IMG/VR virus record: IMGVR_UViG_3300028805_000101
Location: 8,369-72,368 of that record
Strand: one strand, 5' to 3'
Origin: a virus
Taxonomy: Duplodnaviria; Caudoviricetes
DNA: 64,000 bases
Below, piece after piece: positions 19,945 to 30,089 of the stretch; within the stretch, counting starts at the first letter, position 1; each line of letters opens with the position of its first letter. The notes beneath the pieces are model-generated. The model was not told the DNA's origin, ran no database searches, and was given only the letters and a program-made list of their open reading frames with translations. Made by a program: the position numbers and the translations under genes.

Positions 19945-20709
19945 TTATAATGCACCGGCATTATCAAGTTCATGGATATAGTTAGGTAAAAGTGGATTAG
20001 TCGGTTCAAATGCAGGAACACGAATCATTTCTGTTTTAAACTTATTGGCTTTGTATTTTCCAATAATCAAGTCATAATTAGGTCCCTTGATACCTTTACG
20101 AATAAGGTCATTGATTTCCTTGTATGTGCAACCAATACCATCTTCATCAGTCTTTCCACACAATCCATCGCTTGGAGTCTTATGAACCAAATCATAAGGA
20201 AGACCAAGGTCATCACCAATTGCACAAACTTCTTCAGTTGTCAATCTAGACAATGGACTAAAGTCTCCAGCACTATCACCATAGATAGTTGCCCAGCCAA
20301 CAGTGTCTTCAGATAGATTACATGTATTTGCCACACGGCCACCAATGTTCTGTGCCACACCATATAGAACAGTCATTCTCAGACGAGGCGGCATGTTCAT
20401 TTCTGCCTGACTACTAATATTTTTTTCATTGATCTGATTTACGAGATTATAGTAAGCATACTGAATATTAACCACCAATCCCTTAATGCCAAGATAATCA
20501 ATGATTTTTTCAGAATCCTTAATGTCGCTTTGAACACCATTGGGCATCATTACGCCAATTACATTTTCTTTTCCAAGTGCCTGAACACAAAGACCAGCAA
20601 CAACAGTGGAATCCTTACCACCACTAATGCCAATTACAGCCTTCCGTCCATTAGTTTCCTTGAAATACTTTTTAATCCATTCAATGCAGTCAGTTGTGAG
20701 TTTATTCAT
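19945..20709 (-). CDS. nadE: NH3-dependent NAD+ synthetase
   Basis: GISGGKDS, NMPPRLRM, TIYGDSAGD, KTPSDGL. Confidence 0.95.
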   Translation of the reverse strand: MNKLTTDCIEWIKKYFKETNGRKAVIGISGGKDSTVVAGLCVQALGKENVIGVMMPNGVQSDIKDSEKIIDYLGIKGLVVNIQYAYYNLVNQINEKNISSQAEMNMPPRLRMTVLYGVAQNIGGRVANTCNLSEDTVGWATIYGDSAGDFSPLSRLTTEEVCAIGDDLGLPYDLVHKTPSDGLCGKTDEDGIGCTYKEINDLIRKGIKGPNYDLIIGKYKANKFKTEMIRVPAFEPTNPLLPNYIHELDNAGAL

Positions 20710-20855
20710 TTTGTTTCCTTTATGCCAGATAAGCGAATACTAATCCACCATTCAATGATGCCAGTATAATCATCAAAATTGTCATCCATTTTGGTACATT
20801 ATCTTTAGTAATGATTGCGGTTAGAGCACTGAAAATTCCCGCGAAGACATTTAGA

Positions 20856-21395
20856 CTAACCATTAATTACCTCAATTTGTTGCATCTTGAGAATATACTT
20901 GACAGACTCTCGGCACTGAGTTTCATCACCATTTTCATCAGCCATAAATCCACAACCAGCAAAGTCCATAGTGACCTTCTTGTTAGGATAGCAAGCACGA
21001 AGAATTACAGCCTGAGCAAATGGACAAATTGGATTTACCGTGCCATAAATTACAAATTCATCAATGTCTTCAGCAAGTCCAAAAATTTCCTTCCATTCAA
21101 TGTAACCAAAAGTTTCCTTTTCTACAATGATAGGTGTCTTCGTACAAGCATCAAGCAACACCTTAGCAATTTCAAAACCAGATGTACCTTCAATGCAATG
21201 TGGTACAGGTAAATTCTTACCTTCAAATGTTTCCAAGTAATTGCTATAATGCTTATCCTTGGTGAAAACTACCGGACGTTCAGCATTCTTAATACGATTT
21301 GCCACATATCCAAGTTTCTTTTCAAAATTAGGATTAGGAAGTGCACCATTGATGAAGTCAATCTGACCATCTACACAAATTTCTTGTTTAGCCAT
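20856..21395 (-). CDS. pncA: Nicotinamidase (isochorismatase family)
   Basis: VDGQIDFINGAL, TKDKH, PVPHCIEGT, EKETFG, and catalytic Cys in NPIC. Confidence 0.88.
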   Translation of the reverse strand: MAKQEICVDGQIDFINGALPNPNFEKKLGYVANRIKNAERPVVFTKDKHYSNYLETFEGKNLPVPHCIEGTSGFEIAKVLLDACTKTPIIVEKETFGYIEWKEIFGLAEDIDEFVIYGTVNPICPFAQAVILRACYPNKKVTMDFAGCGFMADENGDETQCRESVKYILKMQQIEVING

Positions 21396-21420
21396 TTTTA
21401 TCTCCTTATGAAATTGTTAG

Positions 21421-21969
21421 TTAATAAAGTGTAATGTCCTTATAGAACTGATTGTTAAGTTTTACTGCTTCATCATATTCCATCTTAGCCTTTTTGGTAC
21501 GATTACGAAGTTTGAATGCAGGAACACTAGATTTTACCCATTCAGGCTTATACATGAAAAATTCAAGATTTGGAAATCTTTCATTCATTTCCTTAATGCG
21601 GCGTTTCACGATAGCACGATCTTCCTTTCGGACAAGTGCAACACCAGTATTTTCTGCAAGATTCCAATCAACATCATAATGGATATGTCTCCATTCAATA
21701 CTATGGCATCCTTCAACCTTATGTGGTTTTGCACCAATAATTACACCAGGCATTCTTTGTTCAATGATTTCTGGGTGTTTCTTGATAAAGGTTTCGTATT
21801 GTTGCCTTGTTGCTTGTTCAACAATATATCTTGGTTCATCAATACCAATGTTATAGCCTTCAGCCAATGTTCTATTGATAGAACGATAATTTACAAGAGT
21901 CTTCTTCACATATCTTGCCTGTTCTGGAAAGACAATTAGACATTCAGGATATTTACGTTCATCGCACAT
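21421..21969 (-). CDS. Hypothetical basic protein
   Basis: 182-aa ORF, AGGAG SD, first gene of the pncA/nadE operon. Confidence 0.75.
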   Translation of the reverse strand: MCDERKYPECLIVFPEQARYVKKTLVNYRSINRTLAEGYNIGIDEPRYIVEQATRQQYETFIKKHPEIIEQRMPGVIIGAKPHKVEGCHSIEWRHIHYDVDWNLAENTGVALVRKEDRAIVKRRIKEMNERFPNLEFFMYKPEWVKSSVPAFKLRNRTKKAKMEYDEAVKLNNQFYKDITLY

Positions 21970-21998
21970 TTTAACTCCTTTTGTTATTTGTTTTAATA

Positions 21999-22054
21999 AA
22001 TTTAGTATTTCACATACTTTGTGTCAATTCAACATTTGTAATATTTTCATTACA
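21999..22054 (-). promoter_or_regulatory. Promoter TTGACA-17-TAAATT with TGTAAT-N6-ATTACA palindrome
   Basis: -35 22022-22027, palindrome 22037-22054 (9 bp from the -35). Confidence 0.65.
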
Positions 22055-22058
22055 TTAG

Positions 22059-23885
22059 TTAAATCCAAGGATTTTTAATGACTTCTACTATTCCATTAGC
22101 ATCAGTAATGGTAGTATCTCCAATTTCATAATTATCACCACCAAACTGTGTTTCAATAGCATTATTTACATTATCATTAAACATTCTATCCATAACAAGT
22201 TCTTCTTCAATTCTAGAAGATTCATAAGCATCCTTCAATTCCTGGTAATCATCATCAGTCAATGTCACATTGACAGTGCAAAGGATTTTCTTCTTACCAT
22301 TATCAAGTTGTTCATTGTCTAGGATTTCAATAGAAGCATTAATATTACCACTAGGCTGCGCAGTACTTGCACCAGAATTAGCAGTTGCACTATTGTTAGT
22401 AGTTGCATTTGTATTTGTAGAAGAACCATTCGGCGTTGCAGTACTGCCATTATTAGATACTACATCAACCTGACCAAATGTTTCAATCTTGGCATCTTCA
22501 TAAACCATGAGAAGACCAATGATTTTAGCATCGCTCTGCCAATTTCTAGTGAACTTAGTATTGACTGCCCAGACAATTCGTTCAGGATATTCAGGTTCTT
22601 CTGTTCCAATGACATTCTTCAATTCGTCAATTTCAGATGGCATCAAATCTACCTGAACAATCCTCTTATATCTCTTATCATTTGTTTCCAGCACAAGCGT
22701 TGTATGTACAAAAGTTTCTTCAAGCGACCCTGCAGGCTTACCACCAAACTTCGGATCGTTAGTTTGGGCCTTCGTAAAAATATTGTCAAATACCTTATCA
22801 GCAGTCGGATTGTTAGAAATTTCCAAACCAACACCAGCAATTATCTTATCGCTACTGGCAATATGGATCTTTCCTTCATAAATGTTTCCACCACCAACAT
22901 CAATCTGAATGGTGAAACCACGATAACCAACATTCTTCGGATATTTCTTCGCATCAACAAGACCCTTGAAACCAACCTGGGCATTGGCATTGAACTTCTT
23001 CATAGTGGAGTTCTTGTATTCACGCTTGATAGACAAGTTGTATTTTCCACTAAGGACCTTGCTATGTGCAATCGTATATTCAATCCACTGCTTAAGATAG
23101 TCAGTGTTAATCTTTTCATCACCGGTCAACGGAGCAACATTTTCAGGTTCTGTAGAATTGGTTGTTGTCGCAGGTGTAGCCGTTGCCGTTGCAGCATTTG
23201 TGGTTGTTGCAGTCTTCTTTGTCTTCTTCTTTGCGGTAGCCTTCTTTACCTTCTTCACAACAGCACCAGCAACAGTATTCAAATCCAAAATCTGCATAGC
23301 CATATATTCATCAATATCCTTGGAATTTGTCAGTGCAAATTCATGTGTTTCGTTGCTAGAATGTTGGGTAATATCATTTACAGCCAATTCATTCACAAAA
23401 CGCTTCTTCATATTGCGAACAGCACTAGCAAACATCAAATCGGTATTTGACTGTGCCGAAACAAAATCATTGAAGAATGCATAGTTGCTATAATCGGTCT
23501 TCATTACAGTCTTCATCATACCATCAATATCATAGCCCAGCGGGAATACGAAATACTTGGCATCATCAGGAACTTCAACAATGAAGGAAACCTTGTCGCT
23601 GAAGAAATGGTCATTATGCCATTCCGAATGAAGTTCATCTTTATCATTGAATGTATCATTCAGAACATCAGAGAACCAGGTATAAACATCTGGTGTTTCA
23701 GCACCTTCCACAATGAGTGATACTTTAAACGGGTCATCACTAACAGATGCATGTTTCTTTTCGTCAGGATTCAGATTGTTATAGATATATTCGGCGATGT
23801 ATTTTTTCGCCTCATCATGAGTTTCATGGAGCTTGGAGTCAATGATTTGGTGAGCACCATGAGTGATAGTCAAAAATTTTGCCAT
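22059..23885 (-). CDS. Large multidomain early protein with Lys-rich and Thr/Ala/Asn low-complexity linkers
   Basis: 608 aa; KKVKKATAKKKTKK; TATTTNAATATATPA; NGSSTNTNATTNNS. Confidence 0.8.
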   Translation of the reverse strand: MAKFLTITHGAHQIIDSKLHETHDEAKKYIAEYIYNNLNPDEKKHASVSDDPFKVSLIVEGAETPDVYTWFSDVLNDTFNDKDELHSEWHNDHFFSDKVSFIVEVPDDAKYFVFPLGYDIDGMMKTVMKTDYSNYAFFNDFVSAQSNTDLMFASAVRNMKKRFVNELAVNDITQHSSNETHEFALTNSKDIDEYMAMQILDLNTVAGAVVKKVKKATAKKKTKKTATTTNAATATATPATTTNSTEPENVAPLTGDEKINTDYLKQWIEYTIAHSKVLSGKYNLSIKREYKNSTMKKFNANAQVGFKGLVDAKKYPKNVGYRGFTIQIDVGGGNIYEGKIHIASSDKIIAGVGLEISNNPTADKVFDNIFTKAQTNDPKFGGKPAGSLEETFVHTTLVLETNDKRYKRIVQVDLMPSEIDELKNVIGTEEPEYPERIVWAVNTKFTRNWQSDAKIIGLLMVYEDAKIETFGQVDVVSNNGSTATPNGSSTNTNATTNNSATANSGASTAQPSGNINASIEILDNEQLDNGKKKILCTVNVTLTDDDYQELKDAYESSRIEEELVMDRMFNDNVNNAIETQFGGDNYEIGDTTITDANGIVEVIKNPWI

Positions 23886-23907
23886 AGTTATTCCTTTTGT
23901 TGAATTT

Positions 23908-23983
23908 CTAAGTTTAAATATAGAAAATTATTTATGTTCTGTCAATTTGATTATGAATGAACTTATGTAAATTTTTTGTTACA
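23908..23983 (-). promoter_or_regulatory. Early promoter TTGACA-17-TATATT-TAAACTTAG with TGTAAA-N6-GTTACA box
   Basis: -10 23917-23922, -35 23940-23945, palindrome 23966-23983. Confidence 0.85.
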
Positions 23984-24263
23984 TGAAGTCCTTATTCATC
24001 TTCATTTTCCTAAGATCAATCTCATGTTGCTTTAAATGTAGTTGATATTCAGTATATTTTTCAAGAAATAATTTTTCAGTAACATTATCCAAATCCATAT
24101 AATCTCTATCAAATATAAAGAAAAATCTATCTGTATCTGTACTATAAACAAATAAATTTCTCTTTATGCCATTTTTGTCAGCGGTTACTGCATATAATGA
24201 TGGTAATTCAATTGTATATAGACCAAGCTGTTTAGAATAGTCTAAAATTTCTTGTATAGTCAT
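23979..24263 (-). CDS. DF-tail family small protein
   Basis: Ends LRKMKMNKDFM. Confidence 0.8.
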   Translation of the reverse strand: MTIQEILDYSKQLGLYTIELPSLYAVTADKNGIKRNLFVYSTDTDRFFFIFDRDYMDLDNVTEKLFLEKYTEYQLHLKQHEIDLRKMKMNKDFM

Positions 24264-24589
24264 TTAAAGTCACCATTAACATCTTCAATCTTATTTTCTA
24301 TTTCAAACTGTTTATCCAATAGGATAAATTTGTTTATTTTGTCTTTGGCTTTATCATAGTCATAATACGAATCTGAACCCCAGAAAAGACTTTTCTTGCA
24401 ATCTATACCTGAAGCAATAAGACACATGTTCTCATTACATCTATATTGCATTAGAAAGCCTGCATAGTTTTTATACTTAACATTTATCCACTGGTCATTA
24501 TTAACCGGATGAGTCTTAAATCCAAATTCATTAACCAATGTATAAAATATTTCTTTCGGATCCATTAGTCTTCTCTCTTCTTCAGCCAA
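24260..24589 (-). CDS. DF-tail family small protein
   Basis: Ends NKIEDVNGDFK. Confidence 0.8.
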   Translation of the reverse strand: MAEEERRLMDPKEIFYTLVNEFGFKTHPVNNDQWINVKYKNYAGFLMQYRCNENMCLIASGIDCKKSLFWGSDSYYDYDKAKDKINKFILLDKQFEIENKIEDVNGDFK

Positions 24590-25626
24590 TCATCAATAAT
24601 CTTAGCATGGTGAAAACCAAGTTTAGGCAAATTATCCAAGTCAAACCAACGAGCCTCGGCAGCATCATCACTACCAATAGCTTTATTCATTAGTTTCTTT
24701 GGAACACGAACCGCAAATGCTGTATCTACTATCTTCATTCTAGGGTCAAAATTGTGTCCATAAGTCTTAATTTGGATAAACTTATTCGGTTCCAAATCCA
24801 ATCCTGTTTCTTCACGAAATTCTCTTGCTGCACCATAGTTTAAGTCTTCATCTGTCTTTTCAAAAAATCCCCCTGGAGTACACCAATAATTCTTATATGG
24901 GAAATTACCACGGCGAATTAGAAGCACCTGATTTCCATTGTATGCCACGATGTCAGTAGTAACGCTAGGTTCACTCCATCCATTCTTTTTCTTCTTTATC
25001 GCATAGTCAGCAAGAAATTTCTTTTCTTCATTTTCATAGTCATTACCATTTTGCCAATACAGTTCATTGTCTTTAATGTATCGGAATGTTTGATGAGCAA
25101 TAAAGGACTTAACATCATCATAATGGCAATCAGGATTTCTAGAAAGAATATCTCGCACAGCACTAGAACTAATAAGTTTACTATTGTCAATGTTCACAAC
25201 AATAGCATCATATTTCTTCGTATCAATGTCAGAATGTTCTCTACCAACAATCATAAACTTAAATTGCTTAAGAATCAGATCATAATTTACCCATTTGCCA
25301 GCAAGCAATGACTTCCATTCATCTTCACCTATGCAGATTATTATATCTTTAGCAGTAATTCCTTGCATTTTCGTGTAATCAGATAGGAACTTATATGTAC
25401 GATGATTTTGTGAAAATATCTGATAACTATTCTTAATCTTTTCTGCCACGATTTTCTGAACCATGTTCATTCTATCAGTGAATGAACACTTATAATTCTT
25501 TTCATCATTATTCGCAACACCAATAATAAGTGAATCAGACTTATTCATAGTTTCACGAATAGTCTTCAAAATATCAATATGAGCATTAGTTACTGGGTCA
25601 AAACTTCCGCCATAAAAATAAATCAT
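24565..25626 (-). CDS. nadD: Bifunctional nicotinate/nicotinamide-nucleotide adenylyltransferase plus Nudix (ADP-ribose pyrophosphatase-like)
   Basis: GGSFDPVTNAH (HxGH-like), CIGED, ISSSAVR; Nudix box GGFFE...AAREFREETGL; GSDDAAEARWF. Confidence 0.9.
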   Translation of the reverse strand: MIYFYGGSFDPVTNAHIDILKTIRETMNKSDSLIIGVANNDEKNYKCSFTDRMNMVQKIVAEKIKNSYQIFSQNHRTYKFLSDYTKMQGITAKDIIICIGEDEWKSLLAGKWVNYDLILKQFKFMIVGREHSDIDTKKYDAIVVNIDNSKLISSSAVRDILSRNPDCHYDDVKSFIAHQTFRYIKDNELYWQNGNDYENEEKKFLADYAIKKKKNGWSEPSVTTDIVAYNGNQVLLIRRGNFPYKNYWCTPGGFFEKTDEDLNYGAAREFREETGLDLEPNKFIQIKTYGHNFDPRMKIVDTAFAVRVPKKLMNKAIGSDDAAEARWFDLDNLPKLGFHHAKIIDDWLKKRED

Positions 25627-25992
25627 TTAATTTCCTCCAGGTCCTTTATGTTGAGGCTGTTCTTGAAATGCTTGTTGCTTGGTTGCTTTCATCCAATTGT
25701 CAATAGCGGCCAAAATATCCTTTTCATTTGGACTATATCCCCAAGTTTCACCTCGTTCATCAAAAGCGTAATATGTGTCTCGGTTAAGATTAGCGGATGT
25801 AGTGTAGTTTTCAATTCGGATATATCGCATTGGATAAGGTCTTCCAGTCTTTATTCCGACAATCCGACCATCCTTCGTAATAATTTGTTCTTGCTTATTG
25901 TCAAGAATTTGTTCAAGTGTCTGTTCCTGTTTTGGTTCTTCATTTTGAACATGTTTTTCATTTACATAGTCATTCCAGTTTGGTGTTTCCAT
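25627..25992 (-). CDS. Hypothetical protein
   Basis: Start at METPNW after GGAG SD. Confidence 0.7.
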   Translation of the reverse strand: METPNWNDYVNEKHVQNEEPKQEQTLEQILDNKQEQIITKDGRIVGIKTGRPYPMRYIRIENYTTSANLNRDTYYAFDERGETWGYSPNEKDILAAIDNWMKATKQQAFQEQPQHKGPGGN

Positions 25993-25994
25993 TG

Positions 25995-26219
25995 TTACTC
26001 CATAGTTATTGTTATTTTCCTTACCTTGGCATCTGTCAAATCCATTTTTATAGACCAACTTTCCTGCCAATTTTTTAAAGTTCTTTCTGCAACATTGCGG
26101 TCAGTAAATCCAGCCGATGAAAAAATATTATCAGTCAATTTCAATCCAAAATGAGTTTCTGTAATATAACGAATTACTCCATCTATGGTTTTTGTTATGA
26201 TATAATATTCTTTTTTCAT
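25995..26219 (-). CDS. Hypothetical protein
   Basis: Start at MKKEYY after GAGG SD. Confidence 0.7.
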   Translation of the reverse strand: MKKEYYIITKTIDGVIRYITETHFGLKLTDNIFSSAGFTDRNVAERTLKNWQESWSIKMDLTDAKVRKITITME

Positions 26220-26235
26220 TGATACCTCTAATATA

Positions 26236-26301
26236 AATATATAAAAAATTGCACATTCTGTCAATGTGCAATAAGTTAATACATGTAAAAAATTTTTAAC
26301 A
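26236..26301 (-). promoter_or_regulatory. Early promoter TTGACA-17-TATATT, hairpin over the -35, TGTAAA-N6-TTAACA box
   Basis: -10 26236-26241, -35 26259-26264, palindrome 26284-26301. Confidence 0.8.
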
Positions 26302-26302
26302 A

Positions 26303-26734
26303 TTAGTCAAAATCACTAAGGAAATTGTTTTTACTTATCTTGGTATTTTTTGCTTTTAGATAAATGTTGTATTCCTTAATTCTCTTCAGAATATTTTCGT
26401 TCTTGACTATGATTATTGTTTTATAACCTTTATCCTTATGAGTAATTTCATAACCTTTGGAACACTTCATAATTACGAATGGATAGTTAGGATGCTTCCA
26501 CTCATGGTTATTGAATGACCAGCCATTACCAGTTAGAATTTCATTTCCTTTCTCATAAAATGAATCATTGTTCAAATATGATTTTAATTGTCTAGCGGCC
26601 TCTGATGCCGCCAATTCACTCATTAACTTTCGTTTCTTTTTGTCTTCAACATAACCTTTTTCATAAGGAGAAAAGAACTTCTTTATGCTGTTAATTTTTT
26701 GTTCTAACCAATTACAAAATTTGTCATATGACAT
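26303..26734 (-). CDS. DF-tail family small protein
   Basis: Ends ISKNNFLSDFD. Confidence 0.75.
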   Translation of the reverse strand: MSYDKFCNWLEQKINSIKKFFSPYEKGYVEDKKKRKLMSELAASEAARQLKSYLNNDSFYEKGNEILTGNGWSFNNHEWKHPNYPFVIMKCSKGYEITHKDKGYKTIIIVKNENILKRIKEYNIYLKAKNTKISKNNFLSDFD

Positions 26735-26748
26735 TGTTTTTTTACTCC

Positions 26749-27201
26749 TTAGATTAATCCTTGTTCATAATGTTCAATACATTCTTTAACTATTGGGCCT
26801 AATGACCTATAAAACATATTCGTATCATTTACCCAATGGTACTTAATGACTTCAGGCACATTATTACCAAATCTATTTTCAAACATTGAATTGCATTTTA
26901 GAGCTGTAATATCAATATCATCAACAATTAAGTATAAATGCAAATCCTTCTTCGGAATATATTGGAAAATTCCACAATCATGTATTTTTTGGTCAGTAAT
27001 TCTTAAACCGGTTTCTTCATATAGTTCACGAATTGCCGCTTCTAAGTGTGTTTCGCCATTTTCTACATGACCTTTAGGAATATCACAATTATATTCTTTA
27101 AACGATCTGCCATATGCCTGACAAGCCAAAATTTGACTTTCATCATTCTTATTCAATATGACAAATCCACAACTAATTTCTTTCATATTACAAATATACA
27201 A
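26749..27201 (-). CDS. Stand-alone Nudix hydrolase
   Basis: PKGHVENGETHLEAAIRELYEETGL. Confidence 0.9.
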   Translation of the reverse strand: MYICNMKEISCGFVILNKNDESQILACQAYGRSFKEYNCDIPKGHVENGETHLEAAIRELYEETGLRITDQKIHDCGIFQYIPKKDLHLYLIVDDIDITALKCNSMFENRFGNNVPEVIKYHWVNDTNMFYRSLGPIVKECIEHYEQGLI

Positions 27202-27558
27202 TTATTTCTGCATAGTGTCAACTGTGAAATCTAAAGCAATCTCACATTCTCTAATACATTGTGCAAATTTTTTCCTATATTTCTCAATTAAAGCATCTTC
27301 CTTTATACTGGGCGGCAATCTATATCTACTAAGTTCATAGTCAAATTCTCTATCAAGGTCTGTAATTTTTTTAGCAATCTTTGCATATTTAAATTCATTG
27401 ACCTTTATATTTCTAAAATTATCATACACCATCAAACTTGAAATATAGTTGTATAGCAACTTTATTCTTATAGCTGGATCTGCACCAGCAGAATCAATAA
27501 AATCCTGTTTTTGTTTTTTGACTATGTAGGCATATTTTTCTAGTTTAAAATCACTCAT
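27202..27558 (-). CDS. Hypothetical helical protein
   Basis: 118-aa ORF in operon. Confidence 0.65.
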   Translation of the reverse strand: MSDFKLEKYAYIVKKQKQDFIDSAGADPAIRIKLLYNYISSLMVYDNFRNIKVNEFKYAKIAKKITDLDREFDYELSRYRLPPSIKEDALIEKYRKKFAQCIRECEIALDFTVDTMQK

Positions 27559-27950
27559 AATGTATATTTTATAGTAAATTTTTTCGCCAAAATTTCACTT
27601 GTTTTAATGATATAACTATCTGCACAGCCTCTCGGATTTTCCATAAATGAACCAGTAATCTTAAAAGAATCTAACAATAAATCAAAGGCTTGTTGAACAA
27701 TATCATCAAACATTTCTTTGTTAGACCAGAACATATAGAATGGAAAATTGTTTTTATCTAAAGACCAAGTTATTGCTCTAACAATCAAATCACCTCGTTC
27801 CCAACACATTCTAGCTCGCCAAGCATTTTTTTGGTCATACAAAAAAATTGCTATTTCAGTCTTTACTTCTTTTAACAATCTATAACGAAATTCATCGTCT
27901 GCTGTGCGATAATCCATCATAATCTTTACACCCGGTCCTTTATATTTCAT
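27555..27950 (-). CDS. Hypothetical protein
   Basis: 131-aa ORF in operon. Confidence 0.65.
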   Translation of the reverse strand: MKYKGPGVKIMMDYRTADDEFRYRLLKEVKTEIAIFLYDQKNAWRARMCWERGDLIVRAITWSLDKNNFPFYMFWSNKEMFDDIVQQAFDLLLDSFKITGSFMENPRGCADSYIIKTSEILAKKFTIKYTL

Positions 27951-27961
27951 AAAATAAAAAA

Positions 27962-27983
27962 GGCGGTCATATTTCAGACCGCC
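27962..27983 (-). terminator. Intrinsic terminator after pncB with TGAAATAT loop
   Basis: GGCGGTC-TGAAATAT-GACCGCC followed by a T-tract. Confidence 0.8.
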
Positions 27984-27992
27984 ATTATTTTG

Positions 27993-29375
27993 TTAGACAG
28001 CCATTGGTGTGTAAATATCCTTTAACCATACATCCTGGAATGCAGGTAGAATCTGGACAATTTCACTAACCAACATATCATCAATGGACTTATAGTCATA
28101 GACCTGACGAACATAGTTATTATATTCCTCATTCTGACATAGAGTTTTACCATTACTATCGCTGAGTTTCGTGACAGGTTTTCCATTGACTTCAACAACC
28201 TTCATAACCATAGACAGAGGTTTCTTCTTTGTACCACAGATAGTAGCACCAAGATATGTACCAATGCCAAACGAAACCTTGATACGATTATTGAAGTGCT
28301 TAGCAATAGCCAAGGCCTTATTAATATCCAGCGAATCAGACCAACATCCAACCTTGGTTCTTGGGTCAATGCCAATCTTCTTGTAGTATGCAATCAGCAT
28401 TTCACCCCAACGAATCGGGTCACCAGAATCATGACGGCATCCATCAAAGAGCTTTGCAAATTTCAAACCAAAGTCATTCAAGAAACTCTTGAAACCAAAG
28501 TTGTCGCTCAATGCAATACCAAGCGAACCATCATATTCAGTAGACCAGTCTTCCATGACCTTCTTCTGTGCCATAGCAACAGGAACATCAGCAAGACCCT
28601 GATATGTTGCATAGAGTTCATGTGCGAAGGTTCCAATTGGCTTACATTTATGCTTCCAAGCAAGATAAACATTGGATGTTCCAACAAAGGCAGGACACAT
28701 GGCAGTCATACGACCGACCATATAATCTTCCCATTCACTAGAAATAGTACGGCGAACAGAGAAGTCTGCAATCGTGAAATTGATGCCAGCACGAGTTGCC
28801 GCATTAATCTTAGCAATTTCCTTATCCAATGCATCGCTAGCCTTTTCAAAATCAATCTTTTCATCAGCCATCCAAAGTGCCTGAATGATATGAAGAACAT
28901 AGATTTCAAACGGAGAAACATTTTTCTGTGGACCTTCGGCTTCAACAAACAATGTAGTATTCTTCTTATCAGAATACACCTTGATGTATCTACGCTTTAA
29001 CTGGAAATCTTCAAGGAATTCAATGTAGTCCTTCTTGAACCACGAGAATGAAGCCATATAATCCAATTCAAATTGCTGGAATCGTAGTGTGCAAATCCAA
29101 TCAAGTTCTTCGTTGATACGATTGATGAACTTAGTGAGATTTACTCCCTTTGTTCTACACTTAAATTCCCATTTAGCCTGTTCATTTGGGCGGCGATGAA
29201 AATAGAACTGTTGCTGAGAGAACTTATACAAGTCCGTTTCAGTTAGGAAATTGATAATATGCTTATGAGCATAAAAATCTGCACCATCTTGTACCTTTAG
29301 GCGTGTTGGTTGCTTTGCCTTTTCAGGCTTCTTTGTGGGAGTTTTCTTTGTTGTATTTTTCTTTTTACTAGACAT
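27993..29375 (-). CDS. pncB: Nicotinate phosphoribosyltransferase
   Basis: TDLYKFS, DFSVRR, GTSNV, GTFAHE, RHDSGDP, SDSLD, FGIGT, TKLSDSNGK. Confidence 0.95.
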   Translation of the reverse strand: MSSKKKNTTKKTPTKKPEKAKQPTRLKVQDGADFYAHKHIINFLTETDLYKFSQQQFYFHRRPNEQAKWEFKCRTKGVNLTKFINRINEELDWICTLRFQQFELDYMASFSWFKKDYIEFLEDFQLKRRYIKVYSDKKNTTLFVEAEGPQKNVSPFEIYVLHIIQALWMADEKIDFEKASDALDKEIAKINAATRAGINFTIADFSVRRTISSEWEDYMVGRMTAMCPAFVGTSNVYLAWKHKCKPIGTFAHELYATYQGLADVPVAMAQKKVMEDWSTEYDGSLGIALSDNFGFKSFLNDFGLKFAKLFDGCRHDSGDPIRWGEMLIAYYKKIGIDPRTKVGCWSDSLDINKALAIAKHFNNRIKVSFGIGTYLGATICGTKKKPLSMVMKVVEVNGKPVTKLSDSNGKTLCQNEEYNNYVRQVYDYKSIDDMLVSEIVQILPAFQDVWLKDIYTPMAV

Positions 29376-29408
29376 AGTATATAACCTCTCAGTTTTATTA
29401 TTTTAATA

Positions 29409-30089
29409 TTAACAAAGATCCTTCAAAATGTCAATGTTTTTTTGAAAAATAACTTTCATTTTATCTAAATGTAAATGTTTTTCATTGCTTAGCTGTTTAA
29501 TTTGTTCTTTCAATAGATTAATTTCTTGTTCTTTAGCTTTAATAATATCACTATATTCAATAATTCCTTTATTATGAATTAACTTATTAAACTGGTCTAT
29601 ATTGTCCTTACTGGCATTAAAAGCCTTTTTAATTGCTTTAACCAAAGAATCAATGTTTGTGACTTCAAAGTCAATAGGAACATTTGTCATATTAAAATAT
29701 TTCGCAGTAAATTTATCAAAATAAACTTCTTTACTGCCAAGTATACTATAAAATATGTTAAAATCTATCTTATCAAATAAAAGTCTATTATAATTAAGAT
29801 TAGTCAAATGGACAACCTTATCACTCATTGTCTTATCAAATACAGCCGAACAATATATCATATTACACTTATCATTAATATATGATACATCCATAAAATC
29901 ATTATCTACATTAAAGAATTTTATAGGAAAAGACAATTTGATAGTAGTATTAGAACATTCCACAATATTCACTGGTACACTATTGACTTTTAAAGGTAAA
30001 ACATCTTTACATTTTTCCTTGAAAATTTTGCCAATTCTATGTAAATATTCTCGGTCATTTGCTGTAATATTATCTATTGTCTTTGTCAT
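29409..30089 (-). CDS. Hypothetical protein with C-terminal coiled coil
   Basis: 226-aa ORF, ATGA overlap. Confidence 0.7.
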   Translation of the reverse strand: MTKTIDNITANDREYLHRIGKIFKEKCKDVLPLKVNSVPVNIVECSNTTIKLSFPIKFFNVDNDFMDVSYINDKCNMIYCSAVFDKTMSDKVVHLTNLNYNRLLFDKIDFNIFYSILGSKEVYFDKFTAKYFNMTNVPIDFEVTNIDSLVKAIKKAFNASKDNIDQFNKLIHNKGIIEYSDIIKAKEQEINLLKEQIKQLSNEKHLHLDKMKVIFQKNIDILKDLC

